A DNA stretch of 64,000 nucleotides from Bugula neritina. Taxonomy: Eukaryota > Animalia > Bryozoa. Made by a program: the position numbers and the translations under genes. The DNA is taken from NCBI GenBank assembly GCA_964035545.1, contig OZ037765.1, forward strand, positions 34,620,080-34,684,079. Reading direction: 5' to 3'. The notes below the pieces were generated by a model. That model was not told where the DNA came from. It saw nothing but the letters and a program-made list of their open reading frames with translations, and searched no databases. Of the stretch, positions 1 to 27,700 are shown piece after piece (within the stretch, counting starts at the first letter, position 1; every line of letters starts with the position of its first letter).

Positions 1-3000
1 TGTCAACTCTACTCAATAATAGTAGTGTATTATATTGTCAGGTAGACCTTCAGATAAGTTATTCATTGATATATTCAATACCTCAAGATTCTTCAGTGAA
101 GATATGCTGTAACATAGCGTACAGATATGAAATAATGTATAATATAACAGTTTATGACTATAATTGTATAATTAATGATGGATTCATAGCCTTATGACAG
201 TAACAGGAAATGGAAGGTGGCAAGTACAAGGAGTGTGAACCAGCTCGTCTATATATCATAGCCTCACATCTTGTAAATAATAGACCAAGAACTGACTTGA
301 CTAAATGGCTAAATGGCTAGCAGCAGTGTTAGTGTAGGGCCACACGACTCGTTTTGCTCGAGAAATTGGACATCATGAGCGGGATTTTCATGCGTCTAGC
401 ATGCTGAGAAAGCGCAGCGGCACGCTCGTGCGTGTTTGATCTAATTGGCTTATTACCATGTAATAATTAGCGAGCGCACTTTTTTATTTTAATTTATGAT
501 TTAACTTCTAGCGAGCTGAATTAAAACAATTTTATATAGTTTGCCTTTCCACTTTTATAATATCCAAATCACTTTGCCGATGACTTATGGGGCTGCCACA
601 CTACAGTCAAAACGGCCATCTTGAACGCGTTTTCGAGGCTAAGCGTTGACCTCTGTGACGTCACAACTGAACGCAACTGTCAGTTTTTAGCGATGCGATG
701 AAAGTTCAACATGTTCAACTGTCATCGCTGAAGTTGAGCGATCAGCCAATCACTGACTGGCCAGGTAAACCCTGATTGGTTAAGTGCTTTTACTTTTTCC
801 ACGTGCTACTAGCGAGCATTATTATTTGATTTGGTTCTTCGAAAATTATATTAATTTACTTTTAAAATAATTATGATGAAGTTATGTATGAAAATTTCAA
901 TAAATCATGAAAATAAGTATTCATTAGATAGATTTTGTTAAATTTTATCTGCATATTTAGTTTTTCTAATTTGGTTGAATTTTATTAGCGTACTATAACT
1001 ATTTAGTTCTTTAGGCTAGTGAATGAGCTTGAATAAAGCTAAGTAAATATATCATTAAATGAAGCTAGTAATTTTGAATAATTGAAGCTAGTAAATTAGA
1101 ATAAAAATAACTAGAAAATCTTATTAAATTATGCTAGTAAATCTTAAAAAATTGCGCTAAGATTAATTGTTGGTTACTGTGGATACTGCAGAAACTGGTC
1201 TATGGCATTCCTATTGGTTTAAAAGTTTACTGCGAGACTAGAGACAGTTAGCTTTCATCGTTCGTAGTGAACTGTAGTGTGACCAGCAAAAAGTAGGACG
1301 TGACGTTGAAGGCATGCGCAAGCAGCTTCAAAATGGCCGCCACAGTCGCGTTTCGACTGTAGTGTGTTATGGGCAATAATTTAAAAAAGCAAACGCCTAT
1401 AGGCAAGCAGTAAAGTTTAACGCTAACATCATTGGCTAATAAATTTTTGCACTCGCAACATACGCACTGTGTGTGGCAGGTCACTAGCGTGTATTCTCGA
1501 ACGTCACAAACGTGTAAAAACGCGTCGTGTGGCCCTACATTTAGTGCTATTACAGCATAATTCTAAACTGTAATACAATACAATACACACCTGTTTGGTA
1601 GAGTTGGCAGTTGACTTTGACAGATATCTAACTCTCTCAATGATGTTAGTGTAGATGTGAATATATTGTCAGGTAGACCTTTAATGAAGTTACCATTTGA
1701 TATATTCAATACCTCAAGATTCTTCAGTGAAGATATGCTGTAACATAGCGTACAGGTATGGAATGTTGTATAATACTATATATAACTAAAACTCTACAAA
1801 TCATTTACATCTAATAGTAGCTAAACTACAATAGCTCAAGTTCTTTAATTAGTTCTATGAACTTTATGTGGAATGAAGAGTTGACCCTCCGCACCAACAT
1901 TCTTATGTTACTGCATCTAAGGGTGCGCCTCTGAGACAAGAGATAAGTATTAGGCCGTGAATAATAAGGAGACAGTTGCTGAGTTACTGATGAGATATTA
2001 TATATACTACAGTATCATTCTACACTATAATATAATACACACCTGTTTGGTAGAGTTGACAGAGAACAGTACCACATGTTCAACTCTCTCAATGATAGTA
2101 AGGATGTGAATATATTGTCAGGTAGACCTTCAGATAAGTTATTCGCTGATATATCCAATACCTCAAGATTCTTCAGTGGAGATATGCTGTAACATAACAT
2201 ATAGATGTGAAATTATTTATGATCTCTCAATAGTAGTTATAACTGGACACCTGGGTGGTCATAGTGATAGCAGGTTTGGGGTCAATTACATGTAAGTGTA
2301 ATTGTTAATGTAAGTTAAAAATTAGTGTAATTAATTACAATTACAATTACTTTTGTTCTCTTAAGAGATAAATAGAAGTTATACAATGTCACTTCTAGGG
2401 TCCAAATACCAGGGGCAATGTTGACAGTGGTGAACCTCCTTTGTTCTCAACAGTGATACTATAGGGTCATTCCATGCCAAGTCAGCCAAATTTTAAGTGG
2501 TCTCACGCCTTTGCGGCACAGATTTTGCTCATATTTACACCAAATGGACTTACAGATATCAGGAGTATTATTCGTGAATATTTCTGGCCTGACACAAAAA
2601 TTGAAGTTCTCAAAGTACGCTATTGGGTACGATCTATTGCATCTCATTGGACATTTATATCCAATGAATTTCTGTCCAATAGGATCCCACCGCAATATTT
2701 TCGAATTAAATAGAGCTTGATCCTTGAACATCTTTAGAACAGTTGACATTGGCTATTGCAGCGTATAGTGCGGCAAAGTGTGTCTCGGGGAAACTTCTAC
2801 ACAGCAGTAATTATAGCTAGCTATACTAGCTAACTCTAGTAACATTCTATTCTAGCTGCGGCAGCACCCAGCCTCATCACTCAGCTGGCTTGAAAGTTCA
2901 AAGTCGGAAATTCCAAGCCACTAAGGCTTGTCAAATTAACTAGCTCAATTCAGTGAAATTTACTAACATTAAACCAAATCACAACCTAGTAATATTTACT

Positions 3001-3300
3001 AAAATACTAATGTAACATTACATAAAAATATTAACGCATTATTACATATTAAAATTAATATAACATTAACATCATAGCATACCTGGTCCAGTCAGGGTCT
3101 CGGTCTACATTAATGAGCCTCAGATGTGTGAGATGAGGAAACAGTGTGTTGATATTTGGAAGAATGTCATCCTCCAGTACAACATGAGTAACTGTATGAT
3201 GTCTACTTATTTCATTGATCTCTTCTATAGTGTAGGGTCTAGTTCTATTCTTCATCCACTTATCATCAGCTCCATCTATACTGGATGTGTTGAACCACAC
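1..3300 (-). CDS. Leucine-rich-repeat protein gene, 5' portion; continues beyond the left edge
   Basis: Exon ending at 3083 (...FPHLTHLRLINVDRDPDWT, donor GTATG), then near-identical phase-2 exons 2043-2186 (ISPLKNLEVLDISANNLSEGLPDNIFTSLLSLRELNMWYCSLSTLPN), 1591-1737 (ISSLKNLEVLNISNGNFIKGLPDNIFTSTLTSLRELDICQSQLPTLPN) and 1-106, each with LxxLxLxxN motifs and a gttacag acceptor. Start codon uncertain. Confidence 0.8.
332..1540. mobile_element. Non-autonomous TIR/foldback-like DNA element, about 1.2 kb
   Basis: Perfect 16-bp inverted repeat TGTAGGGCCACACGAC at 333-348 and 1524-1539; TTA at 329-331 and 1541-1543 is a possible TSD (PIF/Harbinger-like); diverged internal inverted arms at about 597-627 and 1328-1366; AT-rich core with about 21-bp subrepeats; no transposase. 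Confidence 0.75.
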
Positions 3301-5186
3301 CCTGTACTTCTCTATAAAATATTCACCAGTTTATAAATACTTACAAGACTTGGCATAATCCTAGACTCAGCTCCTCTATCTCTCTGAGAACCTGACTAGT
3401 TGAATGGAAGAAGGACATGAATATCAACTTGTCCTTCACCTCTGTTTACAACATTAACTCACACCACAAACTGTTCACTATTCTATAAACAGAAGATGTA
3501 CTGTAGCTGTGAGATGACAGAAACTTTGGTTACTATGAAACTTACCATTGAAACTCACTCGGTATTTATATTTACTAACTTTTTGCACAGTCCGCTACAG
3601 AGTTAATTTGATCTGCTGTTCAGTTACTAGTTACAGTATATGGATTTATATGATTTGCTAAATTAACTCACTTTGACTCATTGTGTGTTCACTGGTTAGA
3701 GCTGTAGTTGTATTTACTAGCCTTTTTCTTTCCTGTAACAACCAGGTCAGTCAGTTAAACTAAACCAACTAATCTAAACGATCTACTAGATAATACATGA
3801 GCTCTTGTCACAAAATTTAAATACCATACAAATTATTATTTGAGTGGTTGGCATAAGTACATGAGTTTATCAAATTTACATTGGCAGTTTAAAACAATGC
3901 AACATAAATGTCAACTTATTTCAAATGTTATGCAATATGTTTATATAGGTATGCTCTAAATTAATTCCAAGTTATGTATAATATTATTAATAATAGAGTA
4001 TGATATTACAAATAACTTTGATTTACTGTTTAGTTACATAATCTATAAAAAATAAACCAATTAATAATCATTTTGACTTACTGTATAGTATTAGTAGAGA
4101 GTAACTATCAACTGTGAATAATAGCTCCATACACTTTGCACATAGCAATGAACAATTGTGATGGCCTATTATTCTGCACTTCTCTGTTGTTAAGTCATAA
4201 CAGAAACATCTACAAGCAACAAAACGAAAATTTTAGTTGAGAGGTATAATTATCATTATGCTGTAAATACTGTAAAATAAAAATCCTTTCTCACAACAGC
4301 CTGTTCCAGCAGACGTCTGTAATCGATATCGATATGCGAAGACGTCTGTAGCTTCCACTAGCAGTGACGATTAGTATTTTAATTTTGCCACCAACAGCTT
4401 TACATTGAATTGCTACTCCTAGACATTATTTTTTGACTAATGACTTACCACTGGCACTACTAGTCAGTTAGAGATAATATTAAACTTATTTTTAGTTTTT
4501 GAACTGTTATACTTATATTTATGTTGTTGTTATATTTATAATTATACTTATTAATAACTACCTACAGACGAAGTGAATTCAAATGAAATCACTGCGAATG
4601 ACTGAATGAGTGAGTTGAGATATTCTATACCACCAGCATACGTTATGTATTATTAGTATTAACTTTAAGTATATCATATAAACTTGCTTCATTACCTTCT
4701 TACTACGACTTAGAAAGTAAGTGGCTTCTCTCCATGATGTCTTCTTCTGTTGAACACATTTCTCGGTACGTACCAGTAATTGTAAATACTACGACTGTGC
4801 GAAAGAAAGTGTTGTTATGATCATGTGACTAGTTTCCGCAAAGATAAATGACCTTGCGCTTTTGATAATGCCGATAGATGTTCACATACGGAATAATCAT
4901 ATTAATTATTCTAGTGAAGTATGCTTTTTGATACTATGATCGGTCAACGTTCTAGTTTAAAGATAACATTTGGTCATCAACCAGCCAAAAATTTGTAGTT
5001 GACAATGTTTACTGGTGATGAATGTCAACAGATGTACAACAGACCAGCGATAATAATAACTATATGCAATTTGAATTTGTAACACGAATTATACACGCAG
5101 ACAATCCCAAGTCTTTATAGCTATCTCCATCAAAAATGAGTGGCCACTTCATGGACTATGATTCGGAAAGGTGCACAAAAAACTAC

Positions 5187-5329
5187 GAATATTGCTAGAA
5201 GCAGCACCAAGTTAGGGGTGACTGAGTACAGTATTTTGCATACACATAGTCCCAACTCAACGCCCTCGAATTGAATTCCTTAGCCAATGCCCAGTGACTA
5301 CCAACTCGATGCTGCTTCTAGCAAACTTC
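5187..5329. mobile_element. Small MITE, same family as 42575-42696
   Basis: Inverted ends CTAGAAGCAGCA..AAGTT / AACTCGATGCTGCTTCTAG, similar to the TIRs of the copy at 42.6 kb. Confidence 0.55.
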
Positions 5330-5903
5330 TAGAAATACAGGTTTGACTAGCATGAGTTCTAGCAGGTCATCTTATTAAGTGTGATGTCACTTTGTTACAG
5401 CCTTCCCGCTCCAAGATAGTACAATTTTATGAACAATAATGCAGTGTAGAACTGAGACTAAGATGCATATACAATGTTAACTTTTCTACATTAGCCTATT
5501 GTATTCTAGTCCCATTACTTGTATTTCAACTTTCACATGAACTTAGTAAATGACGAAGAGAGTTGTGTTTGATGCTGGAATAACTGTATTATGATGACTA
5601 CACAATATAATACAATAGAAAATAGCGACACAGAGTAGATATATGTGTATAGGAAGGAGAGAGAAAATAAGGCTACAGTACGGTGTAACAATATAATATA
5701 ATAATAGAATAGAGAAAGACTAACTAAAATATGTAAGTAATTACTAAACATCAGAGTGATTGAAGCATAACATATACAACAGTGAGAAATTATATATATA
5801 ATCATAGAGGACAACTCCAACAGCTGCCGCTACACATTGCTGCCTTCGGTGACGCTAGCAGAATACAAAACCCTTTTATATACAAGACGACCTTGGCATA
5901 GCC

Positions 5904-19678
<13,775 letters not shown>

Positions 19679-21428
19679 CACTGACTGGCAGCAGAGTCGC
19701 TGCCTATCTACTGATACCTGCATCATATAAATGTCAGTTTAAACTGATGAGCAAAAAACCTGAAAGAGTTACCATAATACAATAAATGCAATCTCAATTT
19801 GTTGTAAGATCACTACCTTTACTAATTGTTTTAAAACAACACCAGGGTATTTGTCATGCAGTATATAAGTTATAGTGTACCTCAACTGAACTAATGATGA
19901 AACAACGTGTTTCTGATATGAGGTAGAGGATTAATACTTGGAATGTCAACTCAAAGATTATACTGTATTCAAGTACTACATCTGAGCCACACTACGGCAC
20001 TGTTACTTGTTGAAATATATTATTATTACCACTGCCAGCACAAATGTCCAAAATAACTTCAGATTCATTTCAAATTAGGTTTAGTGATACATAAATGAAA
20101 GAGATTAGGCAATTAAATTTTGTTTGCTTGTGAACTGGTTTTCTCTATACACTTACTTAGCATCAATTAGTGTAAAAATCAAATGTATTTGAGTAATGCG
20201 TAATAACAATTGGTGAGTATCATTTGGCATATTTTTATACCAATAATTACTAACATAACTGTGAGTAACTAGCATTAGTAATCACTCATAGTTATTAGTT
20301 ATTAAATCCAAAATAATGACGGCAAAGGTTTGAAACAAGTAATACTAATGTAAGGCAAAACTCTGTAACCGAAAATAAATTATAAAAAAATTACACATAA
20401 GAACTACATCAGGAAAAACGAGAAAACAAAAATATAATAATATAAAGTAATAGCATTAACTTTGAGTGGAGAAGAGAAGTTACTGTTATTTATTGATACT
20501 TTTATTACTCACTTTGCATTTGATCATTAAACTTAATAATTTAGTTTTTACTTACACTTACAATCACTAACTTACAGTTAATGCTTCAACTTGATCTTAT
20601 TATAAGTAATACATTTACTACTAGCGTTACTTTTACCTTTAGTTACCCATTATCACAATAGTAAGTATTCAATTATTAAATTGGTGATTAGCAATTTCTC
20701 ACTAGTCCTTAATATTTATGTTATAATTATTATTAGTATAAGTATAACATTGAGTATGATAGCATCACACTTACACTGACTATGAACATCAGCCATCGCC
20801 CATCACCATGACTACCACAGTCAGTGTGACTATTACTATTACTGTATTAGTATTATTATCATCATAGTCATAATGATAATCATAATGACCATCATAAGGT
20901 TAAACTTAAACTACCATAATAACTGATAATGAATAATGATAATCATAATGATAATGATTTGATTACCATTAAATTTAATATGGCATTAAGATTATGATGA
21001 TATTGAATTTGATATTCATAATTCAATCATAATGATAATGATGATCAAGATATTCATAATAAATCATATTCATATTGATAATTGATATTGTGTGAATTAT
21101 TGTCTATACTCATACTGATAGTGATACTCTATTGGTAATCCTAAGTTTTAGCCTAAACCTAATACTAATAGTAATACTAATAGTAATGCCTACTATTACT
21201 AATAGTAATAACTATAATATTAAGTAACTGCAATAGTAATCTAAATCATAATAATTATTAATGATAATGTTAAACATAAGGTTTAAGTAATATAACCGAA
21301 GTATATTTTATGGACTTTCTTTTTTCAAGAACATTGAGTCCGGTAAACTATATCAGATAGTCATACATCTTAACTATGCTGGATCATAAGGTTTTTTACC
21401 TGCGAACGCATAATTTAATTTAACTTAC

Positions 21429-21784
21429 CCGCAATCAATCAACTTGATAATATAACCTATTTTTGTGTTTTTTATATATAATTATTTTAATTTTTGTGTT
21501 AATTATTTGAAATAATAAACATTCAAAACATGTATTTTTGTGATTTCAAAATACACAGGTTGACATTACAGGACACTTTGCACTGCTACTGAAAGAGACA
21601 ACTCTGAATTACAACATTCATGTCAAGGTCAACCACATAAAAAAGTTAGGTTTTACAATTACTTCTTGCTTTGGGGCTTTGAAGTTACTCTTAAAAATAA
21701 TATTAATATATATTTCAACTTTTAACTTTTAGTTCATCGGAACTTAAACCCTAAAATTACTCAGATTGCTTGCTTTCAATCATC
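21429..21784. promoter_or_regulatory. Putative compact bidirectional promoter for SMARCA4 (-) and ARMC8 (+)
   Basis: Minus-strand GTAAGT donor at 21423-21428 (candidate non-coding SMARCA4 exon 1) and ARMC8 ATG at 21785 bracket about 350 bp. TSS positions are inferred. Confidence 0.55.
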
Positions 21785-24700
21785 ATGACAATGGTATGTG
21801 TAAATGCATTACTCATTTTACTGAAATACTTGTACTTTTAGTTTTACTTTTAGTGATTTAGTCATTTACTGATTACACTTGCACTACAGCATTACATTTA
21901 CTATTACTACTAGACCTTAGCATTAATATTAGTATTTGTATTACTGTTTCTAATCGTCTATTAGTATTACATTACACTTTAACATACACAGTTACACTTA
22001 CAGTGATTACTCATTTGTCATTACTGATTACTTCATTACTGATCAGTGATCACATTTACTTTTACTTTTAGTTTACTATTAGTATTACTATTACTATTAG
22101 TATTACTATTACTATTCGTGTATTACAATTAGTATTAGTTTTAGTATTGCATTTAGTTTTACTATTAGTATTAGTATTACTCTTAATTTATGAATTTTAC
22201 TTAGAGAGTTAGACTTAGAGTTACACTTAAATTTACAGTTTCAGTTTGCGTTGTACTTGTAGCTACTGTTGCTGTTTGGGCTTGGTACTAGTGCTAGTAG
22301 TATTAGCATACTCATAGTCGTACTGATACTGATACTCATATTTTTATTGATATCATATTGATGTTAAATTTCATACCTATAATTATAACTATAATTATAA
22401 CTATATTAAGATGTTTATAATATTATTCATATTGTTATTTGAATTTAGACTCAGTCTCATACTTATAGTTACACTTTTTATTTATAAATTATAGAGTTAT
22501 ACTTCAAAGTTTGAACACGTTTACTTATAGACTATGTTTATAGTTATACTGAAGTCGTAAAAATGTTCATTTTTGCTCGAATAGTCTATTTATTAACTTC
22601 ATTTAAAGGATGTGGATGCAACTGATGTACCCTTATTAGAAGCTAAGACTGAGGAACAGTTATTGCAACAAGTTATGTGAGTTACAAGAAACTTTCACCT
22701 GCTACTTTGTATCTATTGTTAGAAAGTCTTATTAGACAAATGAGTTTTGTGCTGTAGAAAAGCAGAGTGTCTACTTCGTGTAGTTGTTTAATGCTGACAT
22801 CTTTATGACCAGAAAGAAGCGTGTTATAAATGGTTAGTACAAGCATCGCTGAAAATCACACATGTATCGTATGTATTTACTATAAAAGTGCCACTTCGCA
22901 TTGCAGAGCTATCAAGAACAGAGTGATAGGAAACAAGAGGCAAAAGATGTCTCTGATAAACCAGGGAATTGTCCATCGACTTCTATCTATACTGAATGAT
23001 GAAGAGCAAACAGATTCTGTTAGAATTCATAGCGTTATAGTTTTGGGTAGTCTCTCCAAGGGACCCGATGAACACGTTTTCTCCATCTTGTCTTCCGGCG
23101 CCATCGAAACTCTCATTAAAGGTAGAAATATGCGGCTATCAAAGTGTGATCTCATACCAAGGCTTGTGTCTGGACAATCACCTGAAGTTATTTTCCTGTG
23201 GAGCCTAACTATGTGCACTGATAGTTCTAGTGGCTGATTTTGCTTTATTCAATCAGTTTGACTTTTGTTCAGATGCCATTGTAGAATAATGCTGTCTATT
23301 CTGTTCACCCTAGGGCTGGGATACGCCAACACAAAGTATGTGGAACTGTGTCTATGTTGCCTCAGATCCTTAGTTCAGTCACCCGTCTGCCCTAAAGACT
23401 TCATCTACTCTGACCCGGCCACCGTACCTCACCTGCTGTCTCTAGTCGACATCTCCATCACCTCTCAGACCTGTGTCGCCACCATCTTAGCTGAGTGCTG
23501 CCAGGTGAGTCATGTGCTGTAGCTGAGAGCTGATGTATACATACTCTACATACTCTACACCCTCAGGTTCACCCCTCTGTGATGGGAGTTGCTTCCTCTT
23601 TTAGAAAGTGGAGCAGCAGAATTACCTACACAGCAGACGTACTGTGGAGATCTTGTATCCTGGTCTATTATATAGCGGCATTCTCAAGGTAGGGCACACA
23701 ACTCCCTGTACTCTAATCCTGCTCAGTCCTAGCTACTAGGTGATGTCATAGTATGTACTGTCTGTCTGTCTCTCTGTCTAGACGGAGCACGCCATCCTCC
23801 AGCTCTACACCCGACTCAGTTATCAGAATAGAATAGTCTCCACTCAGATGCTAACCGCTACTCTAAACGGGGTGGACCTCAAGCGCTCCATACTGCGTCA
23901 CTTGGACAGGGACAGACCTCTGTCTACACGCTTGTTGGCTGCTAAGTGGTGAGTCAGCATGTAAGTGTATAGTGTGTATATAGTGTAAGTATAGAGTGTA
24001 AGTGTATAGAGTGTAAGTGTATAGAGTGTAAGTGTGTATAATGTGTGTCGTGTAAATGTATAGAGTGTAAGTGGGAGTAATGTAAGTGTATAGTGTAAGT
24101 GTATATAGTGTATAGAGTGTAAGTGTATAGTGTAAGTATGGTGTGTAGGTGTATGTGTAAAGCTATGAGAAAATAAAGCATTTTGATTTTCTACATAGAC
24201 ATATCCATGTTAAAAGTTAAATGCTGTTAGTATTCACTCTTCTTAGTGTTAAACTGTTCGTATTTACTCTTCTTAGTGTTAAACTGTCAGTATTTACTCT
24301 TCTTAGTGTTAAACTGTTAGTATTTACTCTTCTTAGTGTTAAACTGCTAGTATTCACTCTTCTTAGTGTTAAACTGTCAGTATTTACTCTTCTTAGTGTT
24401 AAACTGTTAGTATTTACTCTTCTTAGTGTTAAACTATTAGTATTCACTCTTCTTAGTGTTAAACTGTTAGTATTCACTCTTCTTAGTGTTAAACTGTCAG
24501 TATTTACTCTTCTTAGTGTTAAACTGTCAGTATTTACTCTTCTTAGTGTTAAACTGTTAGTATTTACTCTTCTTAGTGTTAAACTGCTAGTATTCACTCT
24601 TCTTAGTGTTAAACTGTCAGTATTTACTCTTCTTAGTGTTAAACTGCTAGTATTCACTCTTCTTAGTGTTAAACTGTCAGTATTTACTCTTCTTAGTGTT

Positions 24701-27700
24701 AAACTGTCAGTATTTACTCTTCTTAGTGTTAAACTGTTAGTATTCACTCTTCTTAGTGTTAAACTGTTAATATTCACTCTTCTTAGTGTTAAACTGTCAG
24801 TATTCACTCTTCTTAGTGTTAAACTGCTAGTATTTACTCTTCTTAGTGTTAAAATGCCAGTATTTAGGAATTGTCATCCCCTTGTGTTGTAGCCTGGTAA
24901 ACATGTACAGATCAGAATCCCTTGTCAGCTCCGACCCTTGCATCACTCTACGCGTGAGTATTTTAGTCCCGTCTGTTCGGAAATAATATTCAACATGGAT
25001 ACCTTTATGACAATCTCGTTACTCCCTGATGATACAAAAGGTCACTGGTTTTGACACAAGTTGACACATTTTGACACAAGTGGACACATGCTGACACAAG
25101 TTGACAGATGAATGTTTAATATTTACGGCAGGTGCTGCCCACTCTGGTGACGTTGTGTAAGGCAGACAGGTCCATCAACGAGAGACTGGAGGGGGCGGAG
25201 ATGATAGCGTACCTTACCGAGCTGGATGTTGACCTTCAGAAGCAGGCTAGCATCACGGACCACTGCATACCTGTGTTGGCTACTTATCTCAAGGTGAAGA
25301 CAACTCCTGTTGGCTCTCCTGTCAAGGTGAGTGAAACTTTGTTCTCTTTCATAGAGTTGTCGTCTTTGTTAGCTAGTGAACAATATTTCAACATAACTGA
25401 AATGCTTACAAAGCATTAGCTATTATTATATTTATTTATTACTCATTAGTATTTATTATGTAACAAAAACTATCACCTCTGTTTACTGTATTGTGTTTTC
25501 AATCTCTATCAGTTTAATCATGAATGAAAATGAAATAAATTTGCATCTTGATCAATACATATGTGTAATGTTTATATGTTAATATATACTAATAGACAGT
25601 GTAGTTAGACATCTATGTTGTAGTGTAGATACTAATAGACAGTGTAGTTAGACATCTATGTTGTAGTGTAGATACTAATAGACAGTGTAGTTAGATATAT
25701 ATGTTGTAGTGTAGATACTAATAGACAGTGTAGTTAGATATATATGTTGTAGTGTAGATACTAATAGACAGTGTAGTTAGACATCTATGTTGTAGTGTAG
25801 ATACTAATATACAGTGTAGTTAGACATCTATGTTGTAGTGTATATACTAATAGACAGTGTAGTTAGACATCTATATTGTAGTGTAGATACTAATAGACAG
25901 TGTAGTTAGACATCTATGTTGTAGTGTATATACTAATAGACAGTGTAGTTAGACATCTATGTTGTAGTGTAGATACTAATAGACAGTGTAGTTAGATATA
26001 TATGTTGTAGTGTAGATACTAATAGACAGTGTAGTTAGACATCTATATTGTAGTGTAGATACTAATAGACAGTGTAGTTAGATATATATGTTGTAGTGTA
26101 GATACTAATAGACAGTGTAGTTAGATATATATGTTGTAGTGTAGATACTAATAGACAGTGTAGTTAGACATCTATGTTGTAGTGTAGATACTAATAGACA
26201 GTGTAGTTAGACATCTATGTTGTAGTGTAGATACTAATAGACAGTGTAGTTAGACATCTATGTTGTAGTGTAGATACTAATATACAGTGTAGTTAGACAT
26301 CTATGTTGTAGTGTATATACTAATAGACAGTGTAGTTAGACATCTATATTGTAGTGTAGATACTAATAGACAGTGTAGTTAGACATCTATGTTGTAGTGT
26401 ATATACTAATAGACAGTGTAGTTAGACATCTATGTTGTAGTGTAGATACTAATAGACAGTGTAGTTAGACATCTATGTTGTAGTGTAGATACTAATAGAC
26501 AGTGTAGTTAGACATCTATGTTGTAGTGTAGATACTAATAGACAGTGTAGTTAGATATATATGTTGTAGTGTAGATACTAATAGACAGTGTAGTTAGACA
26601 TCTATATTGTAGTGTAGATACTAATAGACAGTGTAGTTAGACATCTATGTTGTATCTTGTAGGACTTCCAGCAGAATCGACTCCGTCGGGCATGTCTGAG
26701 CGCGTTTGCCTCTCTCTCAGCCAATGACGAAGAGATACGCAAACGAGTGAGTCATTTCCTTTAGTGAATGCTGCTAAGATATATACAGATGATGCGATAT
26801 GATATATACAGATGATATGATATATACAGATGATATGATATATACAGATGATATGATATATACAGATGATATGATATATACAGATGATATGATATCATGT
26901 ACAGTTATATATATATTCCAATATATTGTGTAGATCATCTTCTATTTTGCAGATTATCGAGACGGATAACATAATGGATGAAATCAGCAGAGGTTTGAGC
27001 AGCCAATCAGACGAGTTGCAGCTGGCAGCACTGCGCTGCCTCCACTCTCTCTCCAGATCTGTGCAGCAGCTGAGGACAATCTTTCAGGACCATGCAGTGT
27101 GGAAACCTCTGATGAGTGTACGTGTCTATAGAATATGTGTCTATAGAATATGTGTCTATAGAATATGTATCTATAGAATATGTATCTATAGAATATATGT
27201 CTATAGAATATGTGTCTATAGAATATGTGTCTATAGAATATGCGTCTATAGAATATGTGTCTATAGAATATGTGTCTATAGAATATGTGTCTATAGAATA
27301 TGTATCTATAGAATATATGTCTATATAGTATATGTCTATAGAATATGTATCTATAGAATATATGTCTATAGAATATGTGTATAGAATATGTATCTATAGA
27401 ATATATGTCCATAGAATATGTATCTATATAATATGTATCTCTAGAATACGTGTCTATAGAATATGTGTCTATAGAATATGTGTCTATAGAATGTGTGTCT
27501 ATAGAATATGTGTCTATAGATTCTGAGAAGAGAAGAATGTGAGGAACTGATGAGTGTAGCTTCTTCTACTCTCTGCAACCTCCTCCTCGAGTTCTCCCCT
27601 AGTAAAGAGGTAACTATCCACTCCCTCTTCCTGCGAAGGGGTAATTATCCACCCCCACTTTCTGCGAAGGGGTAATTATCCACTCCCACTTTCTGCAAAG

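Noticed and set aside
3312-3344. Apparent 33-nt GTAAGT...TATAG micro-intron in the LRR gene
   Set aside because: Splicing it does not join the upstream ATG in frame with the LRR ORF, so it is unsupported without transcripts.
20190-22560. Periodic tracts read as Ile/Thr/Ser beta-strand coding sequence
   Set aside because: Frequent phase slips and stops, no ORF of 60 aa or more in the track, and intronic position; kept as a non-coding finding.
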